Shown here: positions 25,601 to 40,600 of the stretch, piece after piece
How the letters are laid out: each line of letters starts with the position of its first letter
Numbering within the stretch: position 1 is the first letter of the stretch
Assembly (NCBI GenBank): GCA_002189035.1
Contig: NEEC01000013.1
Span: 2,356,001 to 2,420,000 of the forward strand
Source: Utricularia gibba
Taxonomy: Eukaryota > Plantae > Magnoliophyta
Reading direction: 5' to 3'
DNA: 64,000 nucleotides
Notes under the pieces: generated by a model
The model's input: only the letters and a program-made list of their open reading frames with translations
Database searches by the model: none
Told to the model about the DNA's origin: nothing
Position numbers and translations under genes: made by a program

Positions 25601-28600
25601 ACCACGTACGCGACAATGCGACTGAGGACACCGCAATCGACGCGAATGTCATTTCATGCATGCAAAACAAATGCATTTCATTCGACGATGTTAAATTTCG
25701 GATTTCGAGGCGATCCGTTACAGTGCCTCATGCCTCCAATCTCGATATCTTGAACCGTCACGCTTTGCTTGATATAGCGTTTCGGAGCCGGTCGAATTTC
25801 GTGTTCAAAGTTTCTCCATCCGACGAACCGTTACAGCTCGTATTTTTGCCTGATAATAGCCCACACTTGTGCCACAAAGTGGCCACCACGTACGCGACAA
25901 TGCGACTGAGGACACCGCAATCGACGCGAATGTCATTTCATGCATGCAAAACAAATGCATTTCATTCGACGATGTTAAATTTCGGATTTCGAGGCGATCC
26001 GTTACAGTGCCTCACGATCATGATGGCCTCGTGCAAATAGCGTAGTGAGTCACGCTTTGCTTGATATAGCGTTACGAAGCTCGCTCCGTCGAATTTCGTG
26101 TTCAAAGTTTCTCCATCCGACGAACCGTTACAGCTCGTATTTTTGCCTGATAATAGCCCACACTTGTGCCACAAAGTGGCCACCACGTTGCGACTGAGGA
26201 CACCGCAATCGACGCGAATGTCATTTCATGCATGCTGCAGACGATGCATTTCTTTACAGTATCACGAATATCTTGCAAACCGTAGTGAGTCACGCTTTGC
26301 TTGATATAGCGTTACGAAGCTCGCTCCGTCGAATTTCGTGTTCAAAGTTTCTCCATCCGACGAACCGTTACAGCTCGTATTTTTGCCTGATAATAGCCCA
26401 CACTTGTGCCACAAAGTGGCCACCACGTACGCGACAATGCGACTGAGGACACCAATTGTCGATGGCGACGATGTCATTTCGTGCAGTGCCTCAAGCAAAT
26501 TGGTCAACGTTTCGCTTCCGACGATTATCGTATACCCAGTGCCTTGTGCGGTTGGCATGCACCATCACGCGCTCGTGACTGGACATCTCGTCGATATCTT
26601 GGCACGCTTTGCTTGATATAGCGTTACGAAGCTCGCTTCGAATTTCGTGTTCAAAGTTTCTCCATCCGACGAACCGTTACAGCTCGTATTTTTGCCTGAT
26701 AATAGCCCACACTTGTCCATTGTGATCCACGTTGCGACGAAGCGACGATCCGTTACAACGGTGCAAATGTCATTTGCATGCGTCGATCGCAAAAAAGGTG
26801 CATTTCATCGACGATTTTTGTCGCATTTTTCACGCGATCTTACAGTGCCTCAGAGCCTCGTGTCGAGTCAATGATCGATCCGCACGATTACAGCTCGTAT
26901 TTTTGCCTGATAATAGCCCACACCCACAAAGTGGCCACCACGTACGCGACAATGCGACTTCGACGCGAATGTCATTTCATGCATGCAGGCGACGCGTCCG
27001 TTAAATTGCAAAGGCGCTCCGTTTCGCTTCGAATTTCGTGTTCAAAGTTTCTCCATTACAATTTTTGCCTGATAATAGCCCACACTTGTGCCACACCTCT
27101 GATGTTGCGCTTGGTAGCCCACAATCGCAAATGTCACATATAGCCGAAAGCCGGTCGAAAAAGTTTCGACGAACCGTGCTCGCCTGACGATTACGCGACA
27201 ATGCGACTGATTTCGCATGCGCATTTCATTCGACGATGTTAAATTTCGGATTTCGAGGCGATCCGTTACAGTGCCTCAGGTGCGGTCCAACCCACACCTC
27301 ATGATGGCCTCGCTGCCTTTCGGATTTTCGTGTGTGATATCTTGCACCGTGCCTGAGGTGCTTTATTGCATATAGATGGCCTCGTGAGAGCCACATCTCG
27401 TCGATATCTTGCAAACCGTAGTGAGTCACGCTTTGCTTGATATAGCGTTACGATCCGTGTTACAAGCCTGAGTCTCCATACGCGACAATTCATTGTCATT
27501 TCATGCATGCAAAACAATTTGCCCGAATACGATGTCGTACAATGTAATTCCAAATTGCCAGTGCGGCACGACTTTGCGACTGAGGACACCGCAATCGACG
27601 CGAATGTCATTTCATGCATGCAAAACAAATGCATTTCATTCGATGCGGATTTCTCCGTTACAAGGTTTCGGAATCGAGCAAACCGTAGTGAGTCACGCTT
27701 TGCTTGATATAGCGTTTCGCTCCGAGCAGTGTTCCTCAGTTACAGCTCGGCCTCCACACCCACACCTTTGCACCGTCGCTTGCGTAGCGTGCAATCGCAA
27801 ACCGATGAGCCACGCTTTGAGGATCCAACGTTCTCGTGCGGTTTCGCACACCGTGCAATTGACATCCCAAATATCTTGCGTAGTGAGTCACGCTTTGCGA
27901 TATAGCGTTACGAAGCTCGCTCCGCCGGTCGAATAAAGTAGACGAACCGTTACAGCTCGTGCCTGAGCCACAACAAAGTGGCCACCACGTACGCGACAAT
28001 GCGACTGAGGACACCGAAATGTCATTTCATGCATGCGCGACGATGTCATTTCGATTTTGCAACGAACATTTTGCATAGTGAGTCACGATATAGCGTTAAA
28101 AAATTTCGTGCAAGGTGCCTTTGAGTTCAGGTGCGTCGGATTTCGAGGCGATCCGTTACAGTGCCTCAGGTGCGGTCCAACCCACACCTCATGATGGCCT
28201 CGTGCACTGCTTGGTATCTCGTCGATATCTTGCAAACCGTAGTGAGTCACGCTTTGCTTGATATAGCGTTTCGACAAGTGTTCTTTCGACGAACCGTTAC
28301 AGCTCGTATTTTTGCCTGATAATAGCCCACACTCGTGGCCACCACGTACGCGACAATGCGACTGAGGACACCGCAATCGACGCGAATGTCATTTCATGCA
28401 TGCAAAACAAATGCATTTCATTCGACGATGTTAAATTTCGGATTTCGAGGCGATCCGTTACAGTGCCTCAGGTGCGGTCCAACCCACACCTCATGATGGC
28501 CTCGTGCACTGCTTGGTATCTCGTCGATATCTTGCAAACCGTAGTGAGTCACGCTTTGCTTGATATAGCGTTACGAAGCTCGCTCCGAGCCGGTCGAATT

Positions 28601-31600
28601 TCGTGTTCAAAGTTTCTCCATCCGACGAACCGTTACAGCTCGTATTTTTGCCTGATAATAGCCCACACTTGTGCCACGTGGCCACCACGTACACAATGCG
28701 ACTGAGGACACCGCAATCGACGCGAATGTCATTTCATGCATGCAAAACAAATGCATTTCATTCGACGATGTTAAATTTCGGATTTCGAGGCGATCCGTTA
28801 CAGTGCCTCAGGTGCGGTCCAACCCACACCTCATGATGGCCTCGTGCACTGTTGGTATCTCGTCGATATCTTGCAAACCGTAGTGAGTCACGCTTTGCTT
28901 GATATAGCGTTACGAAGCTCGCTCCGAGCCGGTCGAATTTCGTGTTCAAAGTTTCTCCATCCGACGAACCGTTACAGCTCGTATTTTTGCCTGATAATAG
29001 CCCACACTTGTGCCACAAAGTGGCCACCACGTACGCGACAATGCGACTGAGGACACCGCAATCGACGCGAATGTCATTTCATGCATGCAAAACAAATGCA
29101 TTTCATTCGACGATGTTAAATTTCGGATTTCGAGGCGATCCGTTACAGTGCCTCAGGTGCGGTCCAACCCACACCTCATGATGGCCTCGTGCACTGCTCT
29201 CGTCGATATCTTGAGTAGTGAGTCACGCTTTGCTTGATATAGCGTTTCGAAGCTCGCTCCGAGCCGGTCGAATTTGTGTTCAAAGTTTCTCCATCCGACG
29301 AACCGTTACAGCTCGTATTTTTGCCTGATAATAGCCCACACTTGTGCCACAAAGTGGCCACCACGTACGCGACAATGCGACTGAGGACACCGCAATCGAC
29401 GACGATGTTCGAATGCTCATTTCATGCGACAGCTGCCCACAAACCACCACGTACGCGACAATGCGACTGAGGACACCGCAATCGACGCGAATGTCATTTC
29501 ATGCATGCAAAACAAATGCATTTCATTGACGGATTGATACAAGCGTTACGAAGTCCGCTGCGCTCCGTGCACTGAACCGTAGTGAGTCACGCTTTGCTTG
29601 ATATAGCGTTTCGAAAGTCGAATTTCGTGTTCCTCATCCGACGAACCGTTACAGCTCGTATTTTTGCCTGATAATAGCCCACACTTGTGCCACAAAGTGG
29701 CCACCACGTACGCGACAATGCGACTGAGGACACCGCAATCGACGCGAATGTCATTTCATGCATGCAAAACAAATGCATTTCATTCGACGATGTTAAATTT
29801 CGGATTTCGAGGCGATCCGTTACAGTGCCTCAGGTGCGGTCCAACCCACACCTCATGATGGCCTCGTGCACTGCTTGGTATCTCGTCGATATCTTGCAAA
29901 CCGTAGTGAGTCACGCTTTGCTTGATATAGCGTTACGAAGCTCGCTCCGAGCCGGTCGAATTTCGTGTTCAAAGTTTCTCCATCCGACGAACCGTTACAG
30001 CTCGTATTTTTGCCTGATAATAGCCCACACTTGTGCCACAAAGTGGCCACCACGTACGCGACAATGCGACTGAGGACACCGCAATCGCATGCAAAACAAA
30101 TGCGACGATGTTAAATTTCGGATTTCGAGGCGATCCGCAGTGCAAACACAAATGCATATTCAGTTCGACGAAAGCCGGTCGAAATTTCGACGAACCGTTA
30201 CAGCTCGTATTTTTGCCTGATAATAGCCCACACTTGTGCCACAAAGTGGCCACCACGTTGCGACAGTCGACGCTGTCAGCATGCAAAACAAATGGACGAT
30301 CCAACCCAACCTCATGATGGCCTCGTGCACTGCTCGTCGATATCTTGTAGTGAGTCACGCTTTGCTTGATATAGCGTTACGAAGCTCGCTCCGAGCCGGT
30401 CGAATTTCGTGTGTTTCATTCGACGATCCGTTTTGCGGATTATTGCATGTGCATAATAGCGTCACACCTTGTGCCAGATGGCCACCACGTACCGACAATG
30501 CGACTGAGGACACGACAATTACAGCTCGTATTTTTGCCTGCGTGCGTGTATTTCGACGCGAATGTCATGCAAAAACAAATGCATTTCATTGGACGATGTT
30601 AAATTTCGGATTTCGAGGCGATCCGTTACAGTGCCTCAGGTTCCAACCCACACCTCATGATGGCCTCGTGCACTTTGGTATCTCGTCGATATCTTGCAAA
30701 CCGTAGTGAGTCACGCTTTGCTTGATATAGCGTTACGAAGCTCGCTCCGAGCCGGTCGAATTTCGTGTTCAAAGTTTCTCCATCCGACGAACCGTTACAG
30801 CTCGTATTTTTGCCTGATAATAGCCCACACTTGTGCCACAAAGTGGCCACCACGTACGCGACAATGCGACTGAGGACACCGCAATCGACGCGAATGTCAT
30901 TTCATGCATGCAAAACAAATGCATTTCATTCGATGTTCGGATTTCGAGGCGATCCGTTACAATTTCATGATGATTTCTCGAGGTAGTGAGTCACGCTTTG
31001 CTTGATATAGCGTTCGAAGCTCGCTCCGAGCCGGTCGAATTTCGTGTTCAAAGTTTCTCCATCCGACGAACCGTTACAGCTCGTATTTTTGCCTGATAAT
31101 AGCCCACACTTGTGCCACAAAGTGGCCACCACGTACGCGACAATGCGACTGAGGACACCGCAATCGACGCGAATGTCATTTCATGCATGCAAAACAAATG
31201 CATTTCATTGACGACGGATTTCGTCCGTTATATTTCATGAAATCTCGTCGAGCATAGTGAGTCACGCTTTGCTTGATATAGCGCGAAGCTCGCTCCGAGC
31301 CGGTCGAATTTCGTGTTCAAAGTTTCTCCATCCGACGAACCGTTACAGCTCGTATTTTTGCCTGATAATAGCCCACACTTGTGCCACAAAGTGGCCACCA
31401 CGTACGCGACAATGCGACTGAGGACACCGCAATCGACGCGAATGTCATTTCATGCATGCAAAACAAATGCATTTCATTGGACGATGTTAAATTTCGGATT
31501 TCGAGGCGATCCGTTACAGTGCCTCAGATGGCCTCGTGCAATCTCGTCGAGGTAGTGAGTCACGCTTTGCTTGATATAGCGTTTCGCTCCGAGCCGGTCG

Positions 31601-34600
31601 AATTTCGTGTTCAAAGTTTCTGACGAACCGTTAGCTCGTATTTTTGCCTCCCACACTTGTGCGATATGCGACTTCGTGTCATTTCCATGTGGTCCGACGA
31701 ACCGGTTATCATGATGGCCTCGTGCAATCTCGTCGATATCTGTAGTGAGTCACGCTTTGCTTGATATAGCGTTACGAAGCTCGCTCCGAGCCGGTCGAAT
31801 TTCGTGTTCAAAGTTTCTCCATCCGACGAACCGTTACAGCTCGTATTTTTGCCTGATAATAGCCCACACTTGTGCCACAAAGTGGCCACCACGTACGCGA
31901 CAATGCGACTGAGGACACCGCAATCGACGCGAATGTCATTTCATGCATGCAAAACAAATGCATTTCATTCGACGATGTTAAATTTCGGATTTCGAGGCGA
32001 TCCGTTACAGTGCCTCAGGTGGTCCAACCCACACCTCATGATGGCCTCGTGCACTGTTTGGTATCTCAAACCGTCACGATATCTTGCAAACCGTTGTGAG
32101 TCCGCTTTGCGATATAGCGTTTCAAGCTCGCTCCGATCGGTCGAATTTCGTGTTCAAAGTTTCTCCATCCGACGAACCGTTACAGCTCGTATTTTTGCCT
32201 GATAATAGCCCACACTTGTGCCACAAAGTGGCCACCACGTACGCGACAATGCGACTGAGGACACCGCAATCGACGCGAATGTCATTTCATGCATGCAAAA
32301 CAAATGCATTTCATTCGACGATGTTAAATTTCGATTTAAAGGTTTCGATGATTTCGAGGCGATCCGTTACAGTGCCTCATCCGATGGTCCTCCCACACCC
32401 ACACCTTGACTGATCGTGTCATTTCATGTTGGTGTTATCTCGTCCGATATCTTGCAAACCGTAGTGAGTCACGCTTTGCTTGATATAGCGTTACGAAGCT
32501 CGCTCCGAGCCGGTCGAATTTCGTGTTCAAAGTTTCTCCATCCGACGAACCGTTACAGCTCGTATTTTTGCCTGATAATAGCCGACAAAGTGGCCACCAC
32601 GTTGCGACTGAGGACACCGCAATCGACGCGAATGTCATTTCATGCATGCAAAACTGCATTTCAACGATGTTAGGATTTCGAGGCGATCCGTTACAGTGCC
32701 TCAGGTGCGGTCCAACCCACACCTCATGATGGCCTCGTGCACTGCTTGGTATCTCGTCGATATCTTGCAAACCGTAGTGAGTCACGCTTTGCTTGATATA
32801 GCGTTACGAAGCTCGCTCCGAGCCGGTCGAATTTCGTGTTCAAAGTTTCTCCATCCGACGAACCGTTACAGCTCGTATTTTTGCCTGATAATAGCCCACA
32901 ACAAAGTGGCCACCACGTACGCGACAATGCGACTGAGGACACCGCAATCGACGCGAATGTCATTTCATGCATGCAAAACAAATGCATTTCATTCGACGAT
33001 GTTAAATTTCGGATTTCGAGGCGATCCGTTACAGTGCCTCAGGTGCATGGCGATGTCCATACCAAACCGTAGTGAGTCACGCTTTGCTTGATATAGATGG
33101 CCTCGTGCACTGACTTGGTATTTTTGCCTCGTCGTGGCCACCACGTACGCGACAATGCGACTGAGGACACCGCAATCGACGCGAATGTCATTTCATGCAT
33201 GCAAAACAAATGCATTTCATTCGACGATGTTAAATTTCGGATTTCGAGGCGATCCGTTACAGTGCCTCAGGTGCTTGATATAGAGGCTCGCCGAGCGGTC
33301 GAATTTCGTGTTCAAAGTTTCTCCATCCGACGAACCGTTACAGCTCGTATTTTTGCCTGATAATAGCCCACACTTGTGCCACAAAGTGGCCACCACGTAC
33401 GCGACAATGCGACTGAGGACACCGCAATCGACGCGAATGTCATTTCATGCATGCAAAACAATGCATTGGACATTTCGACGATCCGTTACAGTGCCTCATC
33501 GCGAAGTCATAATTTCATGCATATAGCGTTTCGAAGCAGCCGGTCGAATGTGTTCAAAGTTTCATCCGACGAACCGTCAGCTCGTATTTTTGCCTTAATT
33601 GGGATTGTGCGATATTTGTGCAAACCGTACGCTGAGTCACTTGCGACTTGATATAGCGTTACGAAGCTCGCTCCGAGCCGGTCGAATTTCGTGTTCAAAG
33701 TTTCTCCATCCGACGAACCGTTACAGCTCGTATTTTTGCCTGATAATAGCCCACACTTGTGCCACAAAGTGGCCACCACGTACGCGACAATGCGACTGAG
33801 GACACCGCAATCGACGCGAATGTCATTTCATGCATGCAAAAAAATGCATGTTTAAATTTCGGATTTCGAGGCGATCCGTTACAGTGCCTCAGGTGCGGTT
33901 CATGATGGCTCGTGCACTGCTTGGTATCGTCGATATCTTGGCCGATCGTTACGAAGCTCGCTCCGAGCCGGTCGAATTTCGTGTTCAAAGTTCTCCATCC
34001 GACGAACCGTTACAGCTCGTATTTTTGCCTGATAATAGCCCACACTTGTGCCACAAAGTGGCCACCACGTACGCGACAATGCGACTGAGGACACCGCAAT
34101 CGACGCGAATGTCATTTCATGCATGCAAAACAAATGCATTTCATTCGACGATGTTAAATTTCGGATTTCGAGGCGATCCGTTACAGTGCCTCAGGTGCGG
34201 TCCACCCACACCTCATGATGGCCTCTGCGATCCGACGAACCGTTACAGCTCGTATTTTTGCCTGATAATAGCCCACACTTGTGCCACAAAGTGGCCACCA
34301 CGTACGCGACAATGCGACTGAGGACACCGCAATCGACGCGAATGTCATTTCATGCATGCAAAACAAATGCATTTCATTCGACGATGTTAAATTTCGGATT
34401 TCGAGGCGATCCGTTACAGTGCCTCAGGTGCGGTCCAACCCACACCTCATGATGGCCTCGTGCACCTCGTTATCAGCTTTGCGATATTTTTCCGCCGGTG
34501 CGAATAATATCCGACCCGTTACAGCTCGTATTTTTGCCTGATAATAGCCCACACTTGTGCCACAAAGTGGCCACCACGTACGCGACAATGCGACTGAGGA

Positions 34601-37600
34601 CACCGCAATCGACGCGAATGTCATTTCATGCATGCAAAACATTTCATTCGACGATGTTAAATTTCGGATTTCGAGGCGATCCGTTACAGGACAAACCGTA
34701 GTGAGTCACGCTTTGCTTGATATAGCGCGAAGCTCGCTCCGAGCCGGTCGAATTTCGTGTTCAATCCGACGAACCGTTACAGCTCGTATTTTTGCCTGAT
34801 AATAGCCCACACTTGTGCCACAAAGTGGCCACCACGTACGCGACAATGCGACTGAGGACACCGCAATCGACGCGAATGTCATTTCATGCATGCAAAACAA
34901 ATGCATTTCATTCGACGATGTTAAATTTCGGATTTCGAGGCGATCCGTTACAGTGCCTCAGGTATCATGATGGCCTCGTCATCTCGTCGATATCTTGCAA
35001 ACCGTAGTGAGTCACGCTTTGCTTGATATAGCGTTACGAAATCGCAAATGTTTCATTGCCTCGTACCTGATAATAGTTAAAACCGTTACAGCTCGTATTT
35101 TTGCCTGATAATAGCCACACTTGTACAAAGTGGCCACCACGTACGCGACAATGCGACTGAGGACACCGCAATCGACGCGAATGTCATTTCATGCATGCAA
35201 AACAAATGCATTTCATTCGACGATCCGTCCGTACAGTGCCTCGGGCTCGTGCACTGTGGTGCATCAATGCAAATTTCACACTTTGCATATATGATGGCCT
35301 CGTGTGTTCACTCCGATCCGACGAACCGTTACAGCTCGTATTTTTGCCTGATAATAGCCCACACTCGTGGCGTATGCGACTGAGGACACCGCAATCGACG
35401 CGAATGTCATTTCATGCATGCAAAACAAATGCATTTCATTCGACGATGTTAAATTTCGGATTTCGAGGCGATCCGTTACAGTGCCTCAGGTGCGGTCCAA
35501 CCCAACCTCATGATGGCCTCGTGCACTGCTTGGTATCTCGTCGATATCTTAAACCGTAGTGAGTCACGCTTTGCTTGATATAGCGTTATAAAGTTTCTCC
35601 ATCCGACGAACCGTTACAGCTCGTATTTTTGCCTGATAATAGCCCACACTTGTGCCACAAAGTGGCCACCACGTACGCGACAATGCGACTGAGGACACGC
35701 AATCGACGCGAATGTCATTTCATGCATGCAAAAAAAATGCATTTCATTGGATGTTAAATTTCGGATTTCGAGGCGATCCGTTACAGTGCCTCAGGTGGTC
35801 CAACCCACACCTCATGATGGCCTCGTGCACTGCCGAGCCGGTCGAATTTGTCGTGTGTCAAAGGTCGTTTCGCCTGATCCCACACTTGTGCCACGTGGCC
35901 ACCACGTACGCGACAATGCGACTGAGGACACCGCAATCGACGCGAATGTCATTTCATGCATGCAAAACAAATGCATTTCATTCGACGATGTTAAATTTCG
36001 GATTTCGAGGCGATCCGTTACAGTGCCAGTGTGGTCCACAACCTCAGATGGCCTCGTGCACCACTTGTACGCGACGAATGCGAGCCGGTCGAATTTCGTG
36101 TTCAAAGTTTCACCACGAACCGTTACGACCTGCGTGCCAATGGCCACCACGTCACAATGCGACTTCATGCATGCAAAACAAATGCATTTCATTGGACGAT
36201 GTTAAATTTCGGATTTCGAGGCGATCCGTTACAGTGCCTCAGGTTCGGTCCAACCCACCCTCATGATGGCCTCGTGCACTGCTTGGTATCTCGTCGATAT
36301 CTTACAAACCGTAGTGAGTCACGCTTTGCTTGATATAGCGTTAGAAGCTCGCTCCGAGCCGGTCGAATTTCGTGTTCAAAGTTTCTCCATCGACGAACCG
36401 TTAGCTCGTATTTTTGCCTGATAATAGCCCACACTTGTGCCACAAAGTGGCCACCACGTACGCGACAATGCGACTGAGGACACCGCAATCGACGCGAATG
36501 TCATTTCATGCATGCAAAACAAATGCATTTCATTCGACGATGTTAAATTTCGGATTTCGAGGCGATCCGTTACAGTGCCTGTGGTCCAACCCACACCTCA
36601 TGATGGCCTCGTGCACCTTGGTATCTCGTCGATATCTTGAAAACCATAGTGAGTCACTTGCTTGATATAGCGTTTCGAAGCTCGCGAGCCGGTCGAATTT
36701 CGTGTTCAAAGTTTCTCATCCGACGAACCGTTACAGCTCGTATTTTTGCCTGATAATAGCCCACACTTGTGCCACAAAGTGGCCACCACGTACGCGACAA
36801 TGCGACTGAGGACACCACAATCGACGCGAATGTCATTTCATGCATGCAAAACAAATGCATTTCATTGGACGATGTTAAATTTCGGATTTCGAGGCGATCC
36901 GTTACAGTGCCTCAGGTGGGTCCAACCCACACCTCATGATGGCCTCGTGCACTGTTGGTATCTCGTCGATATCTTGCAAACCGTAGTGAGTCACGCTTTG
37001 CTTGATATAGCGTTACGAAGCTCGCTCGAGCCGGTCGAATTTCGTGTTCAAAGTTTCTCCCCGACGAACGTTACAGCTCGTATTTTTGCCTGATAATAGC
37101 CCACACTTGTGCCACAAAGTGGCCACCACGTACGCGACAATGCGACTGAGGACACCGCAATCGACGCGAATGTCATTTCATGCATGCAAAACAAATGCAT
37201 TTCATTCGACGATGTTAAATTTCGGATTTCGAGGCGATCCGTTACAGTGCCTCGGTGCGGTCCAACCACACCTCATGATGGCCTCGTGCACTGCTTGGTA
37301 TCTCGTCGATATCTTGCAAACCGTAGTGAGTCACGCTTTGCTTGATATAGCGTTTCGAAGCTCGCTCCGAGCCGGTCGAATTTCGTGTTCAAGTTTCTCC
37401 ATCCGACGAACGTTACAGCTCGTATTTTTGCCTGATAATAGCCCACACTTGTGCCACAAAGTGGCCACACGTACGCGACAATGCGACTGAGGACACGCAA
37501 TCGACGCGAATGTCATTTCATGCATGCAAAACAAATGCATTTCATTCGACGATGTTAAATTTCGGATTTCGAGGCGATCCGTTACAGTGCCTCAGGTGCG

Positions 37601-40600
37601 GTCCAACCCACACCTCATGATGGCCTCGTGCACTGCTTGGTATCTCGTCGATATCTTCAAACCGTAGTGAGTCACGCTTGCTTGATATAGCGTTACGAAG
37701 CTCGCTCCGAGCCGGTCGAATTTCGTGTTCAAAGTTTTCCATCCGACGAACCGTTACAGCTCGTATTTTTGCCTGATAATAGCCCACACTTGTGCCACAA
37801 AGTGGCCACCACGTACGCGACAATGCGACTGAGGACACGCAATCGACGCGAATGTCATTTCATGCATGCAAAACAAATGCATTTCATTGGACGATGTTAA
37901 ATTTCGGATTTCGAGGCGATCCGTTACAGTGCCTCAGGTGGTCCAACCACACCTCATGATGGTCGTGCACTGTTGGTATCTCGTCGATATCTTACAAACC
38001 GTAGTGAGTCACGCTTTGCTTGATATAGCGTTTCGAAGCTCGCTCCGAGCGGTCGAATTTCGTGTTCAAAGTTTCTCCATCCGACGAACCGTTACAGCTC
38101 GTATTTTTGCCTGATAATAGCCCACACTTGTGCCACAAAGTGGCCACCACGTACGCGACAATGCGACTGAGGACACCGCAATCGACGCGAATGTCATTTC
38201 ATGCATGCAAAACAAATGCATTTCATTCGACGATGTTAAATTTCGGATTTCGAGGCGATCCGTTACAGTGCCTCAGGTGGTCCAACCCACACCTCATGAT
38301 GGCCTCGTGCAATCTCGTCGATATCTTGCAAACCGTAATGAGTCACGCTTTGCTTGATATAGCGTTTCGAAGCTCGCTCCGAGCCGGTCGAATTTCGTGT
38401 TCAAAGTTTCTCCATCCGACGAACCGTTACAGCTCGTATTTTTGCCTGATAATAGCCCACACTTGTGCCACAAAGTGGCCACCACGTACGCGACAATGCG
38501 ACTGAGGACACCGCAATCGACGCGAATGTCATTTCATGCATGCAAAACAAATGCATTTCATTCGACGATGTTAAATTTCGGATTTCGAGGCGATCCGTTA
38601 CAGTGCCTCAGGTGCGGTCCAACCACACCTCATGATGGCCTCGTGCAATCTCGTCGATATCTTGCAAACCGTAGTGAGTCACGCTTTGCTTGATATAGCG
38701 TTACGAAGCTCGCTCCGAGCCGGTCGAATTTCGTGTTCAAAGTTTTCCATCCGACGAACCGTTACAGCTCGTATTTTTGCCTGATAATAGCCCACACTTG
38801 TGCCACAAAGTGGCCACCACGTACGCGACAATGCGACTGAGGACCGCAATCGACGCGAATGTCATTTCATGCATGCAAAACAAATGCATTTCATTCGACG
38901 ATGTTAAATTTCGGATTTCGAGGCGATCCGTTACAGTGCCTCAGGTGTGGTCCAACACACCTCATGATGGCCTCGTGCACTGTTTGGTATCTCGTCGATA
39001 TCTTGCAAACCGTAGTGAGTCACGCTTTGCTTGATATAGCGTTTCGAAGCTCGCTCCGAGCCGGTCGAATTTCGTGTTCAAAGTTTCTCATCCGACGAAC
39101 CGTTACAGCTCGTATTTTTGCCTGATAATAGCCCACACTTGTGCCACAAAGTGACCACGTACGCGACAATGCGACTGAGGACGAAATGTCATTTCATGCA
39201 TGCGCATTTCATTCGACGATTTCGTCCGCAGTGCAGAATTTCGATATTTGGTCACGACGTTTCGGAAACGACGAACCAACGATTTTTTGTCAGCCTGGTC
39301 CGTCACACATCATGATGGCCTCGTGCACAATATCCCGTAGTGAGTCACGCTTTGCTTGATATAGCGTTTCGAGCCGGTCGAATTTCGTGTTCAAAGTTTC
39401 TCCATCCGACGAACCGTTACAGCTCGTATTTTTGCCTGATAATAGCCCACACTTGTGCCACAAAGTGGCCACCACGTACGCGACAATGCGACTGAGGACA
39501 CCGCAATCGACGCGAATGTCATTTCATGCATGCAAAACAAATGCATTTCATTCGACGATGTTAAATTTCGGATTTCGAGGCGATCCGTTACAGTGCCTCA
39601 GGTGCGGTCCAACCCACACCTCATGATGGCCTCGTGCATGCTTGGTATCTCGTCGATATCTTGCAAACCGTAGTGAGTCACGCTTTGCTTGATATAGCGT
39701 TACGAAGCTCGCTCCGAGCCGGTCGAATTTCGTGTTCAAAGTTTCTCATCCGACGAACCGTTACAGCTCGTATTTTTGCCTGATAATAGCCCACACTTGT
39801 GCCACAAAGTGGCCACCACGTACGCGACAATGCGACTGAGGACACCGCAATCGACGCGAATGTCATTTCATGCATGCAACAAATGCATTTCATTGACGAT
39901 GTTAAATTTCGGATTTCGAGGCGATCCGTTACAGTGCTCAGGTCTCCAACCACACCTCATGATGGCCTCGTGCAATCTCGTCGATATCCGTAGTGAGTCA
40001 CGCTTTGCTTGATATAGCGTTACGAAGCTCGCTCCGAGCCGGTCGAATTTCGTGTTCAAAGTTTCTCCATCCGACGAACCGTTACAGCTCGTATTTTTGC
40101 CTGATAATAGCCCACACTTTGCGACTCAAATCGTGTCATTTCATGCATGTGCATTTCATCGTCGCGACGAATGCGACTGATGGACATGCCTGCAAATGCC
40201 GTTTCGACTTGTGCAAACAAAGCATATTACGCGACAATGCGACTGTTCGCACGCGAATGTTCGATTTCGCGATCCGTTACAGTGCAAAACAAATGCATTT
40301 CATCCATGTTAAATTTCGTTTCGATTTTTGCCTGATAATAGCCCACACTTGTGCCACAAAGTGGCCACCACGTACGCGACAATGCGACTGAGTCGACGCG
40401 AATGTCATTTCATGCATGCAAAACAAATGCATTTCATTGACGATGTTAAATTTCGGATTTCGAGGCGATCCGTTACAGTGCCTCCAACCCACACCTCATG
40501 ATGGCCTCGTGCGGTATCTCGTCGATATCTTGCAAACCGTAGTGAGTCACGCTTTGCTTGATATAGCGTTTCGAAGCTCGCTCCGAGCCGGTCGAATTTC

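Noticed and set aside
26200-28140. Scrambled patches as foreign insertions, encoded information or a diversity-generating system
   Set aside because: They consist mainly of monomer fragments, with no terminal repeats, target-site duplications or associated enzymes. Consensus error is the simpler explanation.
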